Origin: Chiloscyllium plagiosum
Lineage: Eukaryota
NCBI RefSeq assembly: GCF_004010195.1
Contig: NC_057718.1
Coordinates: 74,719,403 to 74,783,402 of the forward strand
DNA length: 64,000 nucleotides
Direction: 5' to 3'
The translations under genes and the position numbers were made by a program. How positions within the stretch are numbered: the first letter of the stretch is position 1; every line of letters begins with the position of its first letter. This document shows positions 40,262-53,834 of the stretch, one piece after another. A model generated the notes under the pieces. The model was not told the origin of the DNA. It was given only the letters and a program-made list of their open reading frames with translations, and made no database searches.

Positions 40262-42146
40262 TAAGATGTGGAGATGCCTGTGATGGACTGGGGTGGATAA
40301 AGTTAAAAATCACGCAACACCAGGTTATAGTCCAACAGGTTTATTTGGAAGTACTAGCTTTCAGAGCACTGCTCCTTCAGGTAGTTGTGGAGCAGGATCA
40401 TAAAACACAGAATTCATAGCAAAAAGATCACTGTCATGCATGCAACTGATACAATATGTTGAACAAATCTGGATTGCTGTTAAGTCTTTCATATTTTAAT
40501 ATGGATTGCAGGTTTTGGTTCATTAATATAAATCCCAGACCTTCATTCAAATCACCTTCTTGAGGAAACTTAAGATTTTATACAAAAAAAGTGACATTTC
40601 AGGTCAGACAATCTGCAGATTTGTGCTTCGTGAACAAAATAGAATGTATCTGCAATTACAGTGTCACACACAATGCATGTGTGTGTGAGTCTGTTTTTGC
40701 ATGTGTGCGCCTCTCAGCCGGGGGGGGGGTATGTTGCTGAGACAGAGAGTGTGTGTGTGTGAGAGAGGGTATGCGAGAGTGTATGCATGAGAGTGTGAGA
40801 GAGAGTGCACAGTGCAAGGTCCCGGTTAAGGCCATCCTCATGGGTACGGAACGAGGCTATCAGCCTCTGCTTGTTGCATATCCCGAAGTCCACCTTGGAA
40901 GATGGTTACCCAAAACACGCACTCTCACATGCACACTCTCTCCCACACAAACTCGTCTATGGGGTGAATTTGCATTTTCAGAATTGTAATTAGAGATACA
41001 TTCTATTTTGTTCAAAAAACGCAATCTACAGGCAGTCAATCCATGTTAACATTTTATAAATTCCTATTTTGGAAATAGAACCAGTCTGACTCAAGAATGG
41101 TGTTATGATACTGGGTAAACCCTCCTGCTTAATTTTAACCAGCAACACAGAAGAGATTTATCCCATGCAGTAATCTGTGAATATTTGAGAGGCCAAGAAC
41201 TACTTAAGGTAAAAAATAACAACTTTATTTCTTACGGTATAATGGAGAATAATTAACTAACAACTATTTACAACTCTTTCCTCTAACCTATCTTTTACCT
41301 CCCCTTCTACAATACTAGTCCAATAAAATCCCCCGATTAAGATTTACTAAAAATTCAAGTTTTCAAAATCAGCCAGCTGCTGAATTTTCTATTTGGATCT
41401 TCCTGTGTCTTCTTTTCTTCTTCTGAGGGATTATGCTTCACAGGTCACAGATCGATAAAGATACCTTTTCTCTGGTTAGTCTGCAGATCATTGGCTTGGC
41501 AGTTCTCCTACCAACTGTTCAATTTCCCCCAGCCATATACCCCCCAAAGCATCAGATTGTGTCATTGGCTTTTAAAATCGTCAATATACTAAATTCAAAC
41601 TTGATTGGAGTTTGGTATCTTTTGGGGTATAATTTAAACTGACTGGCCTAATTCTAATCTGTTTTGTCGTTTCCAGGCAACCCAGCTAATCTAGTTTTCG
41701 ACTAAGTGATACATTGTTACCTTACTCAGAACACTTGGTGCTGTCAAGTAGTTCTGCTAGCTTTCAATTCTATTAAAAGGTCCAGTACACTCACATCTTC
41801 ATAACAATTGGGATACAGGCAGACTCTAGCCTAACATCTTTAATGCATTGCCTGAGCCAAGATATCACTTTTTATTATATAACCTTAAGTTATCACAAAT
41901 GCGATTTGGAAAAGTTCTAGTATTTACATATTAATGAACCGAAACCTGCAATCCATTCTAAAAGATGAAAGACTTAACAGCAATCTAGGTTTATTCAATA
42001 GATCATATGAGTTGTATGCAGCATGACACTGTGATCTTTTGCTATAAATTGTGTCTTTATAAACCTGCTCCACAGCTACCTGAAGTAGTAGCACTCCAAA
42101 AGTTAGTATTTCCAAATAAACCTGCCAACTATAACCTGGTGTTGTG
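40262..42146. mobile_element. family-2 PLE derivative with long inverted termini
   Basis: 40300-40600 is inverted relative to ~41820-42146; both ends match 14170-14296; hammerhead cores damaged. Confidence 0.75.
41101..41806. mobile_element. solo LTR (706 bp)
   Basis: tgttatga...tcataaca terminal inverted ends; flanks aatgg / attgg (5-bp TSD, one mismatch). Confidence 0.75.
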
Positions 42147-42464
42147 TAAAAAAAAATTAAGGACAGCTCTAACTGTCAAATCTACCTGCAGGGATTGCCA
42201 TAGAGACTTTGTGAGCACATTTCCTCATACAGCAGGTAGCATATCTGTGACACAATGGCCCGGGATATCCCAAGTCTTTTCTGCAATGGACCTGTGTCAT
42301 TTGCAAAGATCTACATCGAAGTCTATAGAACAGTTCTATGCCAGAACTCTGTCACCTTGGTCCTGTTTCTTCTCTCACTAGATGCTGTACAACAGCCAGT
42401 GGTGGCTACTGATCATATTTAGCCTGGAGATGTTGTTATATGTGCTGTCTTAATAGAATGAGAA

Positions 42465-42840
42465 TCAATGAGTTCTTACAGTGCAAGTAGGAGCTATTTG
42501 GTTCATCGAGTTTGGACCAACCCTCCAAGGATCATCCCACGCAGACCCAGACTCAACTACAACCCCCACCACCATCCCGCCATCCTCCATCCCTGTAACC
42601 CCACATTTACAATGGCTCATCTACCTAGCCTGAACATCACTGGACACTTGGGGCAAGTTAACATGGCCAATCTAACCTGCACATTGTTGGTCATTGGGAG
42701 GAAATTGGAGCACTCGCAGAAACCCACGAAGAGATGGAAAGAACGAATAAACTCTGGACACAGTCACCTAAGGCTGGAATCAAACCTGGATTCCTAGAGC
42801 TAAGAGACAGCTGTGCTAACCACTGTGCCACCGTGCCATC
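42465..42840 (-). mobile_element. V-SINE (diverged)
   Basis: Head ggcacggtggcacagtggttagcac on the minus strand. Confidence 0.75.
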
Positions 42841-43265
42841 CCTTCTTCTGCACTTATTTTGTTTTGACAGCAGTGCTTGCAGATGATCTTTGTTTATTAT
42901 TTCATTTTTAAGTATCCACACTGGGCCTTCATTCCTGTAATTATTTCTCAATCTGTGGCAATACAAATAGAATTCTATTCTTATCTTATCAGGAATTTTA
43001 TATAATCTTGGTATGAATGAACATTAATTGTCATCTCTTGTTAATGTTTTAGTAAAGAAAGCATTGTCATTGTGCCAACTCAATCTCTCAAGAGAGCAGA
43101 AGTGACCAATACCTGGGCTCATTTCCTCAGTGGAAAAGGTCTCAATTGCATTTTTAAACTAACTTCATGAATGTATTTTTTGCAAAGGAATGTCTCGTTC
43201 AAACTCTACCGCAGACATATCTGCATGCTCAACGTAATTATTGATCTTGCAACTCACAAATGAAT

Positions 43266-43668
43266 AGACAGGCAGGAGGCTGGAAGAACACAGCAAGCCA
43301 GCAACATCAAAGGGCTGAGAAGTTGAGGTTTCGGGTTTAACCCTTCTAAGGACTGGAGGTGGGTGCGGGGGGAGTTGCAGATAAAGGATGTGGTGGGGCA
43401 GGTTAGTGAAGTGAGAATAGGTGAAGATAGGTAGAGGGTATGACCTGGTTGGTCAATGGGAGGAATGAATCCAGTGGTGGCAGGGAGGAGTGAAAGGGAT
43501 GGGAAGGGCTGGGAAGTTATCTGAAATCCCCCCTACACTCACCCCAGTCCTGAAGAAGGGTTACATCCGAAACATTGACTTCTCCACCTCCTGATACTGT
43601 CTGGCTCACTGTATTCTTCCAGCTCCTGCCTGTCTTTCTTGGAATACAGCATCTGCAGTTTTATCATC
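43266..43668. mobile_element. inverted-repeat PLE derivative (family 4)
   Basis: 14-bp TSD actcacaaatgaat; hammerhead agtc-CTGAAGA-a-GGGT(tac)ATCC-GAAAC-ATT-gact at 43546-43580. Confidence 0.82.
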
Positions 43669-44132
43669 ACTCACAAATGAATGAGCAGAGATTCTGATTT
43701 TCTTCTAGTGGACAGTAAGATCTTAAACCAACCACATGAAAATAATTTAAGTCATAAAATTACATTCATCTGAAATCTGTGTCTACTACTTTAATGGAAA
43801 CAATGACACTGTTTAAGTAAATGGGTCATAAATCCCACATAACATCAGACAGAAGAACTGTGCAGCAACAGTTCTAATATTCAATACCTACAGGTCTTAC
43901 GGTTTCAGTTTTTGTATTTGATGGATCACAAATCCATCTCAAAAAGACTAATCAAAATAGCACCACTTAAAGGTATACAAAAATCTTTATAGTGAAATTT
44001 ATGTCTCTGGATATAGGCTGCTCCACTAGTTCTTAAACAATGATGAGAAAATCCATATACAATAGTTAAGCTGCAGTTATTTGTTGAATAAATGCAGATA
44101 TAAGAGTAACACACTGCACAAAATGTACTTAC

Positions 44133-44731
44133 CCTATTTACTTTTGTGTTATCCAAAATGACTTTCACCAAATCCTTCACAAGTTCCTCTACTATCTTAA
44201 TGCATTGCACAAGAATTATCTTTGGCAATTTTCCATCGTGCAGTAAGTGCACAAGAGTCCATGTTGTTTCCATCAGTAAAGAATCTGGGAGAAGAGATCT
44301 AGATTCCACACAGAAAGCTAACAAATTCTTAGCAAGAAGCGAGACTGAATCTGTCACTACTGAATGGTCACTGTCTAGAATCAATGCTTCCGTTGATGGC
44401 ATTCTGACCATTGCAACTTTTCTAATTCTTATTAAACTCTGTAAAAACTCGGTTTGAAAATTGAGCATTTTCTCCTCCTCTTCTAATTTGTCTCTACGGG
44501 TAGAATTTGATTCGGGATGCAACAATGCGGAACTGACTAATACCTTAGATTTTTCACTCGTTAGTGAATAAGAATCATGGTATCCCAGGCTATGATTAGC
44601 TAATAGATCCTGAGTATCTGACTCTTGTCCATTAGATATATCACAACCTGAATCTTCCAGATGAGTGGATTCATTCCTAGATTCCAGAGCACCTCGAGTT
44701 GGAAATTCTGGGCAAAAAGCAGAGTCAGCTC
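44133..44731 (-). CDS. MEI4: MEI4 large internal coding exon
   Basis: Stop-free, non-repeat 599-nt frame (GADSAFCPEF...FQTEFLQSL...VVTDSVSLL...VILDNTKVNR). Acceptor ttgtttttcag| and donor |gtaagt. Its phase-1 start joins the previous exon (G+GA=Gly) and it ends in phase 0. Downstream exons were not found in the window. Confidence 0.88.
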
Positions 44732-45096
44732 CTGAAAAACAATAGTCAAACATTTGAAGAGGTTGTTATGTATGGTTTTTTGCCATCAATATAATATGTC
44801 AAATTTTCCAAGTCCCAAGTTAAATTTGAAAAGGAACATGTCAATAAATACAAATTTGCTTTGAGATATGGTTTATGCTACTGCACATACTGATTAGAGA
44901 CAAAGAAAATGCAGATGCTAGAATCCAAAGTAGGCAGGATGCTGGACGAACACAGCAAACCAAGCAGTATCAGGAGGTAGAGAAGTCTACGTTTTGGGTG
45001 TAACCCTTCTTCTGGACCGGGAATAGGTGTAGGGGGAGCTGCAGATACAGGTGGAGGCAGGGGCAGGGTGGTGATGTGGGGATAGGTCAAGACAGG

Positions 45097-45276
45097 AGGT
45101 CAGGCAGCATCCAGGGAACAGGAGAATCGATGTTTCGGGCATAAGCCCTTCTTCAGGAATCTTATGCCCGAAACGTCGATTCTCCTGTTCCCTGGATGCT
45201 GTCTGACCTGCTGCGCTTTTCCAGCAACACATTTTCAGCTCTGATCTCCAGCATCTGCAGACCTCACTTTCTCCTC
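45097..45276. mobile_element. palindromic PLE-terminus insertion
   Basis: 15-bp TSD ataggtcaagacagg (45082-45096 / 45277-45291). Confidence 0.85.
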
Positions 45277-46074
45277 ATAGGTCAAGACAGGTAGAGGGTA
45301 CAACCTGGTTGGTCAATGGGAGGAATGAATCCAGTTGGTGGCAGGGAGGAGTGGAAAGAAGGGGGAAGGGCTGGGAAGGGAGGTTATTTGAAATTAGAGA
45401 ACTCAATGTTGAGTCCTCTGGATTGTAGGCTACCCAGGCGGAAGATGGGGTGTTGTTCCTCCAATTTGCGGTTTGGTTCATTGTGGCAATGGAGGAGGTC
45501 AAGGATGGTAATATCAAAAAGGGAGTGGGAAGGGGAATTAAAATGGGCGGTGACTAGGAGGTCCGATCAGCCCCTGCGGGCCTGGTTGAGATGCTCAGCG
45601 AAATGTTCCCCGAGTTTACATTTGGTCTCTGTGGCAATGGAGGAGGTCAAGGATGGTAATGTCAAAAAGGGAGTGGGAAGGGGAATTAAAATGGGCGGGT
45701 GACTAGGAGGTCCGATCAGCCCCTGCGGGCCTGGTTGAGATGCTCAGCGAAATGTTCCCCGAGTTTACATTTGGTCTCTGTGATGTAGAGAAGACAACAT
45801 CAGGAGCAACAGATGCAGTAAACTAGGTTGGAAGAGAGGCAGGTGAACCTCTGTCTCACCTGGGAGGACTGTTTAGGGCCCTGGATGGAAGTGGGGAGGT
45901 GGGGGTGGAGTACCAGCAGGTTTTGCATCTTTTCCAGTTGCAGGGAAACGTACCCGGGGGTTTGGGGGAATGAGGGTTGGTGGGGAGAGTGGCACAAACC
46001 AAGGACTGCAGAAGGGAATGGTCCTTGCAGAAGGCATAATGGGGTGGGGAGGGGAAGACATTCTTGATGATGGG

Positions 46075-46275
46075 CTTAAAAATGTGTTGCTGGAAAAGCG
46101 CAGGTCAGGCAGCATCAAAGGAGAAGGAGAATTGACGTTTCGGGCATAAGCCCTGAAGGACTTATGCCCGAAACGTCGATTCTCCTTCTCCTTTGATGCT
46201 GCCTGACCTGCTGCGCTTTTCCAGCAACACATTTTTAAGATCTGATCTCCAGCATCTGCAGTCCTCACTTTCTCC
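46075..46275. mobile_element. palindromic PLE-terminus insertion
   Basis: 16-bp TSD cattcttgatgatggg; near-perfect ~80-bp arms. Confidence 0.85.
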
Positions 46276-48319
46276 ATTCTTGATGATGGGGTCTAGTTGG
46301 AGTTGGCAGAAGTGTTTAAGGATGATGCGTTGGATGCGGAGACTGGTGGGATGGTGGTGAGGACAAGGGCGCACTGTCTTTATTGTGTTGTGGGGGGCTT
46401 TAGAGCAGTGGGACAGGGAATGGAGGTAACGTGGTGGAAGGCTGTATGGATGACAGATGGAGGAAAAGTATATTGTTCGAAATTGGTGGTCATCTGGCAT
46501 GCTTGGGAGTGGAGTATCTCCTCATCCAAGCAGATGTGGCAAAGGCAAAGGAATTGGGAGAACGGAATGGAGTTCTTGCAGAATACTGGATGGGAGGAGC
46601 TGTAGTCCAGGTGGTTATGGGAGTCTGTGGGTTTGTAGTAAACGTCCATTTGGAGACTGTCACCGGAGATAGAAATGGAGAGGTCAAAAAAGGGCGTCCA
46701 AGATGGACCAAGCAAATTTAAGGATGGGGTGCAAGTTGTGGGCGAAGTTGATGAACTGCTCCAGTTAAGCCTGGGCGCAGGACGCTGCACCAATGCAGTC
46801 ATTGATGTAATGGCGATAGAGTTGGGGCACAGTGCTGGTGTAGCTACGGAAGACAAACTGTTCGACAAAGAGGCAGGCGTAGCTGGGGCCCATCCAGGTG
46901 CCCATGGCCAGCCTCTGGGTTTGGAGGAAATGGGTGGAGTTGAAGGAAACGCTGTTGAGAGTGAGGACCAGTTCAACGAGACGGAGGAGGCTATTGGTGA
47001 AAGGGAACTGGATGGGTCTGTTGGAGAGGAAGAAGCAGAGGGTCTGGAGGCCATCCTTTTGGGGTATGGGCGTGTACCAGGACTGTATGTCCATAGTGAA
47101 GATAAAGCGCTACGGACTGGGGAACTAGAAGTTACTGAAGAGATGGAGGGCATGGTGGATGTAGGTGGGAAGGGCCTGAACCAAGGAGGAGAAGATGGAG
47201 TCAAGGTAGGACGAGATGCGTTCGATGAGGCAGGAGCATGCTGAGATGATGGGTCAATCAAGGTAGCTGGGCTTGTGGATTTTGGGGAGCAGGTAGAATC
47301 AGGCAGTGCAGGACTAGGAGACTATGAGTTTGAAGGCAGTGGAGTGGAGATCACTGGAGGCAATGAGGGCACGGACAGTGTGAGTGCTTTTAGCCTGATG
47401 GCCCACATGCGGTCGTGGGCAAGGGGGAGGTAGGACGTGGTATTGGAGAGTTGGTGTTCAGTCTGTGCGACATAGAGGTCTGTTCTCCTGACTACCACCT
47501 TTGTCAGCAGGCTTGATGGTGAACCAGGCATTGGTGCGGAGAAACTGGAGTGCTGCACATTCGGAGCAGGTGAAGTTGGAGTGTGCAAGTGCTGTAGAGC
47601 CAGAGAGCTAACTGCTCGTCTAACATTTTGCTCTCAAAGAAATGAGAAAACACTCGATCAAACATACTTTTTATTGTGAAACGTACTCACAGTTAATAAA
47701 AAGAAAGACAACAACCCAGGGAGATCATCAGCAGGAACAGTGAAAACACCGAAGAAGACAGCGACTGTGTGATCTTGAGATTAAGTTATTGTAATGTTTA
47801 ATAAATGTATTATTGGAACAGTATATTATTTTTATAGAGTTAGCATGAGATAGTACATAGCTAAGAAAGGATGAGCTTGGATTTGTGAATAGTATTTGTT
47901 TAATGTTCACTATTAGAGTTTAAATAAGTTATTTCACTTAGTGGAATTTAGGAGTTTCCTATCACTCACTTACATTTTAACAGATTACAAGGTGAGGCAA
48001 GCTTTTCTGGGTTTTGGTTTTAATTAACAGAGAAGTTTGACCTCTGTGTTGTAACACCTGTACCGCCAACAGGAAAGTTACAGCACACTGGTGTAAGGAC
48101 CAATATTAGGGACGTGCTCTGGGAGTCCTCTGTGTTTACTCCAGACCTTGTGAGGTCTGATGGCATCAAGTCAAATGTGGGCAAGGAAATTTGCTGATTT
48201 ACCATGTTACCACCCCAGCCCTGCTTGGCTGATTAATCAAAGCTCCCCCATGTTGAATACTAAAGGAAGTACAGGATGCAGCAAGGGCCGAGAATGTACA
48301 CTGGTTTGATGACCAAAAG

Positions 48320-48965
48320 AGACAGGAGAAGAACTAGGCCATTCAGCCCATTGGGTTTGCTCCACCATTTGATATAATGATGGCTCATCTAATTCCTTAA
48401 TGCCACTTTTCTGCCAATCTCTATAACCATAAGTTTGTCTATTTCAACCTTAATATACTTAATGACCAAGCCTCCACAATCCTCTGTGGTAAAGAATTCC
48501 ATAGAGTCACTACCCTCTGAGAGAAGAAATTCCTCCTAATCTCTGTTTTAAATGTGTGACCCTTATTCTGAGATTATGTCCTTTCATCCTAGACTCTCCC
48601 ACAAGGGGAAAAATCCTTTCTGCATCTACTCTGTCAAGTCCTCTAAGGATGTTGTATGTTTCAGTAAGGTTGCACCTCAATATTCCAATAAGTATAGGCC
48701 ATATTTATTTAACTTGTTCTCCTCATAAGACAGTCTCCTCATATCCGCTGTCAGTCTAGTGAACCTCACCTGCACTGCCCCAAAAGCCATATTATAACTG
48801 CCCCTTTCCTTAGATAAGAGGCCCAAAGCACACCACAGTGTTCCAGTTATGGTCTGACTACAGCCTTGTATAGTTTCAATGAAATCTCTCTACTTTTATA
48901 CTCCATTCCCTTTGAAATAAAGACCACCATTTCATTTGCCTTTCCTATTTCCTGCTGAATTTAGA
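48320..48965 (-). mobile_element. CR1 3' fragment
   Basis: Reverse complement resembles the 23150-23800 region. Confidence 0.7.
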
Positions 48966-49377
48966 TGCTCAAAGAGGTAGTGTGGAAGCTTAGAGCTAGA
49001 ATAAACAGAGTTGTTATCTCTGATTTGTTCTCCGTGCCACATGCTAGCAAGGCGAAGAATATATATATATGGTGGACTCCCAACAGATCACTGTCTATAG
49101 GTTAAAGGCAGTATACTTTATAACCCTTGTGTGTGTGACTAGTACACATTTCCCAAGCACCACATAATTTATTGTTACTACATCTAGTACTGTTCACATA
49201 AGTCAAAAGTAGATAAGCGAAGCTGTTAACAATGTTCTATTAATTAAAAGAAAAACAGCCTGGTCCAAGGACAGGGAGAGGATTAGACAATTCCAAGGTC
49301 ACGCCTGCAATTTGTGATTCACACAGCCACTGAAATATTTAGTCTGCCATGTCTGCAAGCACCCAGTTCCAATTTGT

Positions 49378-52200
49378 AAGGTTTGAAGTGAGTCTACTTC
49401 AATGCCAGGAGCATCCAGAATAAAGTGTGTGAACTTGCAGCATGCGTTGGTACCTGGTTCTTCAATGTTGTGGCCATTTCAGAGACATGGATAAAGCAGG
49501 CACAGGAATGATTGGTACAGGCTCCAGGATTTAGATGTTTCACTAAGAACAGGGAAGGTAATAAAAGAGGGAGACTTGTGGCATTGTTAGTCAAGGATAG
49601 TATTACAGTGACAGAAAGGATGTTTGATGAAGACCCGTCTACTGAGGTAGTTTGGGCTGAGGTTAGAAACAGGAAAGGAAAAGTCACCCTGTTGGGAGCT
49701 TTCTATAGGCCTCCGAAAAGTTCCAGCGATGTAGAAGAAAGGATTGCAAAGCTGATTCTGGTTAGGAGCGAGAGTAACAGGGTAGTTGTTATGGGGGACT
49801 TAAATTTCCATATATTGACTGGAAACACTTAGATGGGTTGGTTTATGTCTAATGTGTGTGTGAGGGTTTTCTGACACAGTATGTAGATAGGTCAACAAGA
49901 GGCAAGGTCACAATGGATTTGGTACTGGGTAATGAACCGGGCCAGATGTTAGATTTGGAGGTAGGTGAGCACTTTGGTGATAGTGACCACAATTCGGTTA
50001 TGTTTACTTTGCTGATGGAAAGGGATAGGTATATACCGCAGAGTAAGAGTTATGGCTGGGGGAAAGGCAATTATGATGTGATTAGACAAGATTTAGAATG
50101 CATAGGATGGGGAAGGAAACTGCAGGGGATGGGGACAATTGAAATGTGGAGCTTGTTCAAGAAACACCTACAGCGTGTCCTTGATAAGTATACACCTGTC
50201 AGGCAGGGAGGAAGTGGTCGAGCGAGTAAACCATGGTTTACTAAAGAAGTTGAATCTCTTGATAAGAGGAAGAAGGAGGCTTATGTAAAGAGGAGCCGTA
50301 AAGGCACAGTTAGGGTGCTTGAGTGTTACAAGTTAGCCACGAAGGACACAAAGAGAGCGAAGAAGAACCAGGAGGAGACATGAGACGTCTTTGGCAGGTA
50401 GGATCAAGGAAAACCCTAAAACTTTCTATTGGTATGTCAGGAATAAAAGAATTACTAGAGTAAGAGTAGGTTCTGTCAAGGACAGTAGTGGGAAGTTGTG
50501 CGTGAAGTCCGAAGAGATAGGAGAGGCGTTAAATGAACATTTTTCGTCAGTTCTCACATAGGAAAAAGACAATGTTGTCAAGGAGAATACTGACATATAG
50601 GCTATTAGACTAGATAGGATTGAGGTTCACAAGAAGGTGTTATCTATTTTTAAACTTCCAGAAATGCTAAGTCCCCTGGCTTGGATGGCATTTATCCTAG
50701 GATTCTCTGGGAAGCTAGGGAGGAGATGGTAGATCCTTTGGCTTTGATCTTTATATCGTCATTGTCTACAGGAATAATGGCAAAAGACTGGACGATAGCA
50801 GATGTTGCCCCCTTGTCCAAGAAGGGGAGTGGAGACAACCCTAGTAATTATACACTAGTGAACCTTACTTCCGTTGTGGGTAAAATGTTGGAAAAGATAG
50901 ATAGTATTTATAATAATCTAGAAAGGAATAATTTGATTAGGGACAGTCAACACGATTTTGTGAAGGGTAGGTTGTGCCTAACAAACCTTACTGAGTTCTT
51001 TGAGAAGGTGACCAAACAGGTGGATGAGGGTAAAGCGGTTAATATGGTGTATATGGATTTCAGTAAAGCGTTTGAGAAGGTTCCCCATGGTAGGCTATTG
51101 CAGAAAATACAGAGGCATAGGATTGAGGGTAATTTAGCGGTTTGGATCAGAAATTGGTTAACTGTAAGAAGACCAAGGGTGATTGTTAATGAGAAATATT
51201 AATCCTGGAGTTCAGTTACTAGTTGTGTATTGCTAGGGGTAGGTTTTGGGCCCACTGTTGTTTGTAATTTTTATAAATGACTGGATGAGGGCGTACAAGG
51301 ATGAGTTAGTAAATTTGCAACTGACACTAAAGTCGGTGGAGTTTTGGACAGTGTAGAAGGATGTTGCAGGTTTCAGGAGGACATAGATAAGCTGCAGAGC
51401 TGGGCTGAAAGGTGGCAAACTGTGTTTAATATGGAAAAGTGTGAGGTGATTCACTTTGGAAGGAGTAACAAGAATACAGAGTACTGGGCTAATGATAAGA
51501 TTCTTGCAGTGTAGATGAGTGGAGTGATCTCAGTGTCCATGTGCATGGATCCCTGAAAGTTGCCACCCAGGTGGATGGGGTTATTAAGAAGGCATACAGT
51601 GTGTTGGCTTGTATTGATAGAGGGATTGAGTTTCAGAGCCATGAGGTCATGCCGCAGCTGTATGAAACTCTGGTGTGGCCGCACTTGGAATATTGCATGT
51701 AGTTCTGTCACTGCATTATAGGAAGGATGTGGAAGCATTGAATAGGGTGCATAGGAAATTTATCAGAATGTTACCTGATATGGAAGGAAGGTCTTATGAG
51801 GAAAGGCTGAGGGACTTCAGCCTGTTTTCGTGAGAGAGAAGGTTGATAAATGAGTTAATAGAGACATTCAGCTTCATCAGAGGGTTAGACAGGGTGGTCA
51901 GTGAGAGCCTTTTTTCTTGGATGGTGCTGGCTAGCACGAGGGGACATAGCTTTAAACTGAGAGGCAATAGATATAGGACAGATGTCAGAGGTAGGTTCTT
52001 TACTCAGAGTAGTAAGGATATGGAATGTCCTGCCTGCAACAGTAGTATACTAGCCAACTTTAAAGGCATTTAAATGGTCATTAAATAAACATATGGATGA
52101 TAATGGAATAGTGTAGGTTAGATGGGCATCAGATTGGTTTCACAGGTCGGCACAACATCGAAGACCGCAGGGCCTGTACTGCACATAATGTTCTCTGTTC
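49378..52200 (+). mobile_element. near-complete decayed CR1 ORF2 with 3' tail
   Basis: YFNARSI, FYRPP, GEHFGDSDHN, DGIYPRIL, MDFSKAFEKVPH, RTDVRGRFFTQ. Confidence 0.92.
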
Positions 52201-52397
52201 ACTCTGTGATTCATGCACAGGGACTTCTAATCTCTCTGTTTTTTTGGTCGTCTTTCTCCATGTATATAATATTCAGCTCCATTGTCTTTTCTGCCAAAGT
52301 ACATAATCTCATATTTCTCCACATTATATTCCATTTACTAAGTTTTTGCCGTTTCACTTAACCTTTCTGTAGACCTCTGCAGACTGTTTGCATTTTA

Positions 52398-52690
52398 TGG
52401 GGAGGCAATAGCCTGTTAATCCTTTGATTAAACATTGAACCGATAATGTTCTCAGAAGCTGAGTTCAAATTCTGCCATGAATTTTAAAAAGTCTGGAATT
52501 GAAAGTCTAACAATGACCATAAAATCTTAGTTAGAAAAAGCCATCTGGTTCACGAATGTCGTTTTTAGGGAAGGAAACTGTCACCCTTATTGTCTGGACT
52601 ACATGTGACTCCAGACACTTCTGCCCTCTGGGATGAGCAATAAATGCCAGCCTAGGCAGTGATGTCCTCATCCTGTGAATAAATTTTAAA
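52398..52690 (+). mobile_element. Deu-domain SINE (SacSINE1-like)
   Basis: ccatctggttcac.aatgtc.tttagggaaggaaa...tacatgtgactccagac core. Confidence 0.65.
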
Positions 52691-53834
52691 AAGTCAGAGT
52701 GAAAAAAAGTGTGATGGTATGCTGAATACTTGCCAGAATGAGTGCAGCTCCAATAACATTCAAGAAGCTTGTTGTCATCAAGGACAAAATAGCTCACTTG
52801 ATTGTAACCACATCTATGAATACTCAATCCTTCCTCCACCGACACTTAGGAACAACTGATGCACAGTGCACAAAATCACTGACACTTCTTCGCCAGCATT
52901 TTCTAAACTGATGACCACGACCATTTTGAAGGAAAAGGCCAGCAGATATATTGGAGTGCTGTCACCTTCAATTTCTTCACTAAACCACTCATCATCCTGA
53001 CTTGGAAATATTTGTACAATTGCTCTCCCACTAATTTTCAAAACACCAGGTTTATACACCCTGCATTGGCACATTAAATTCTTATAATTTGATTGCTTTC
53101 CAGGTGTCAAAACAATAACATTCAAATACCACTGGCTTCCGCTATCTTAGGCATAATTTAAACTAATTGGTTAAATTAAAACTGTTGTCAAAACAAAAGC
53201 CAAAACTCAAGTATCCATTTAACAGCCAATTGTTACATTTGGAACAGCCTGACCTTTAGCTGGCAGCTGTGGCTGTACTTTAAATTCAAAAAAGCATTTT
53301 CTATCTTAAAGTGACCATACACGCTTTTGACTTCGTAACACAGGGCTTATTCATGGTGATAGTCATGTTTGGGACATTGTTACATACGATTTGGAGAATA
53401 AGAATATTAAGCTGGTGCTTGACTAATCTAATGTTACGCGTTCGGAGTTTGCCACTGTTGTTTTCAGTGCCAAGGTCAACGCTAGGTGGGCCACCTACAT
53501 TCATTTTTATGAAGCATTGATACAACTGAGTGACATAATGGGCCATTTCAGAGAGCAGTTGAGAATCAACCTGATTGTTGTGGCTCTGCAATCACATGTG
53601 GGCCAGACAGGTAAGACCGTGGGATTCAAACCCAAGGCCCCTGAGCATTACCTAGGTCTTTGGATCACCAGTCCAGTGACAAGATCATTAAACATAGCCT
53701 CCAAAAATGCCTCAAAAATGGAAAAGTATTGCCTCCTTATCATACAGGTCACCAAGTGTCAGACAACATGGCAGCATCAAATTGAATGAAATTAACTATG
53801 TTACTAAATACATAGAACACCATGATATGCTCAC

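Larger units (their letters stand above)
44895..47590 (-). mobile_element. Penelope-like element (RT + GIY-YIG region), family 4 terminus, with two nested insertions
   Basis: LAMGTWMGPSYACLF, YKPTDSHNHLDYSSSHP, QRFTCLSSNLVYCICC; terminus matches 43266. Confidence 0.88.

Noticed and set aside
43110..43260. Possible MEI4 exon with donor cag|gtattg
   Set aside because: In-frame TGA just before the donor in phase 0; no MEI4 similarity.
49378..52200. Intact active CR1
   Set aside because: Multiple stops and frameshifts, damaged catalytic FADD motif, no ORF1.
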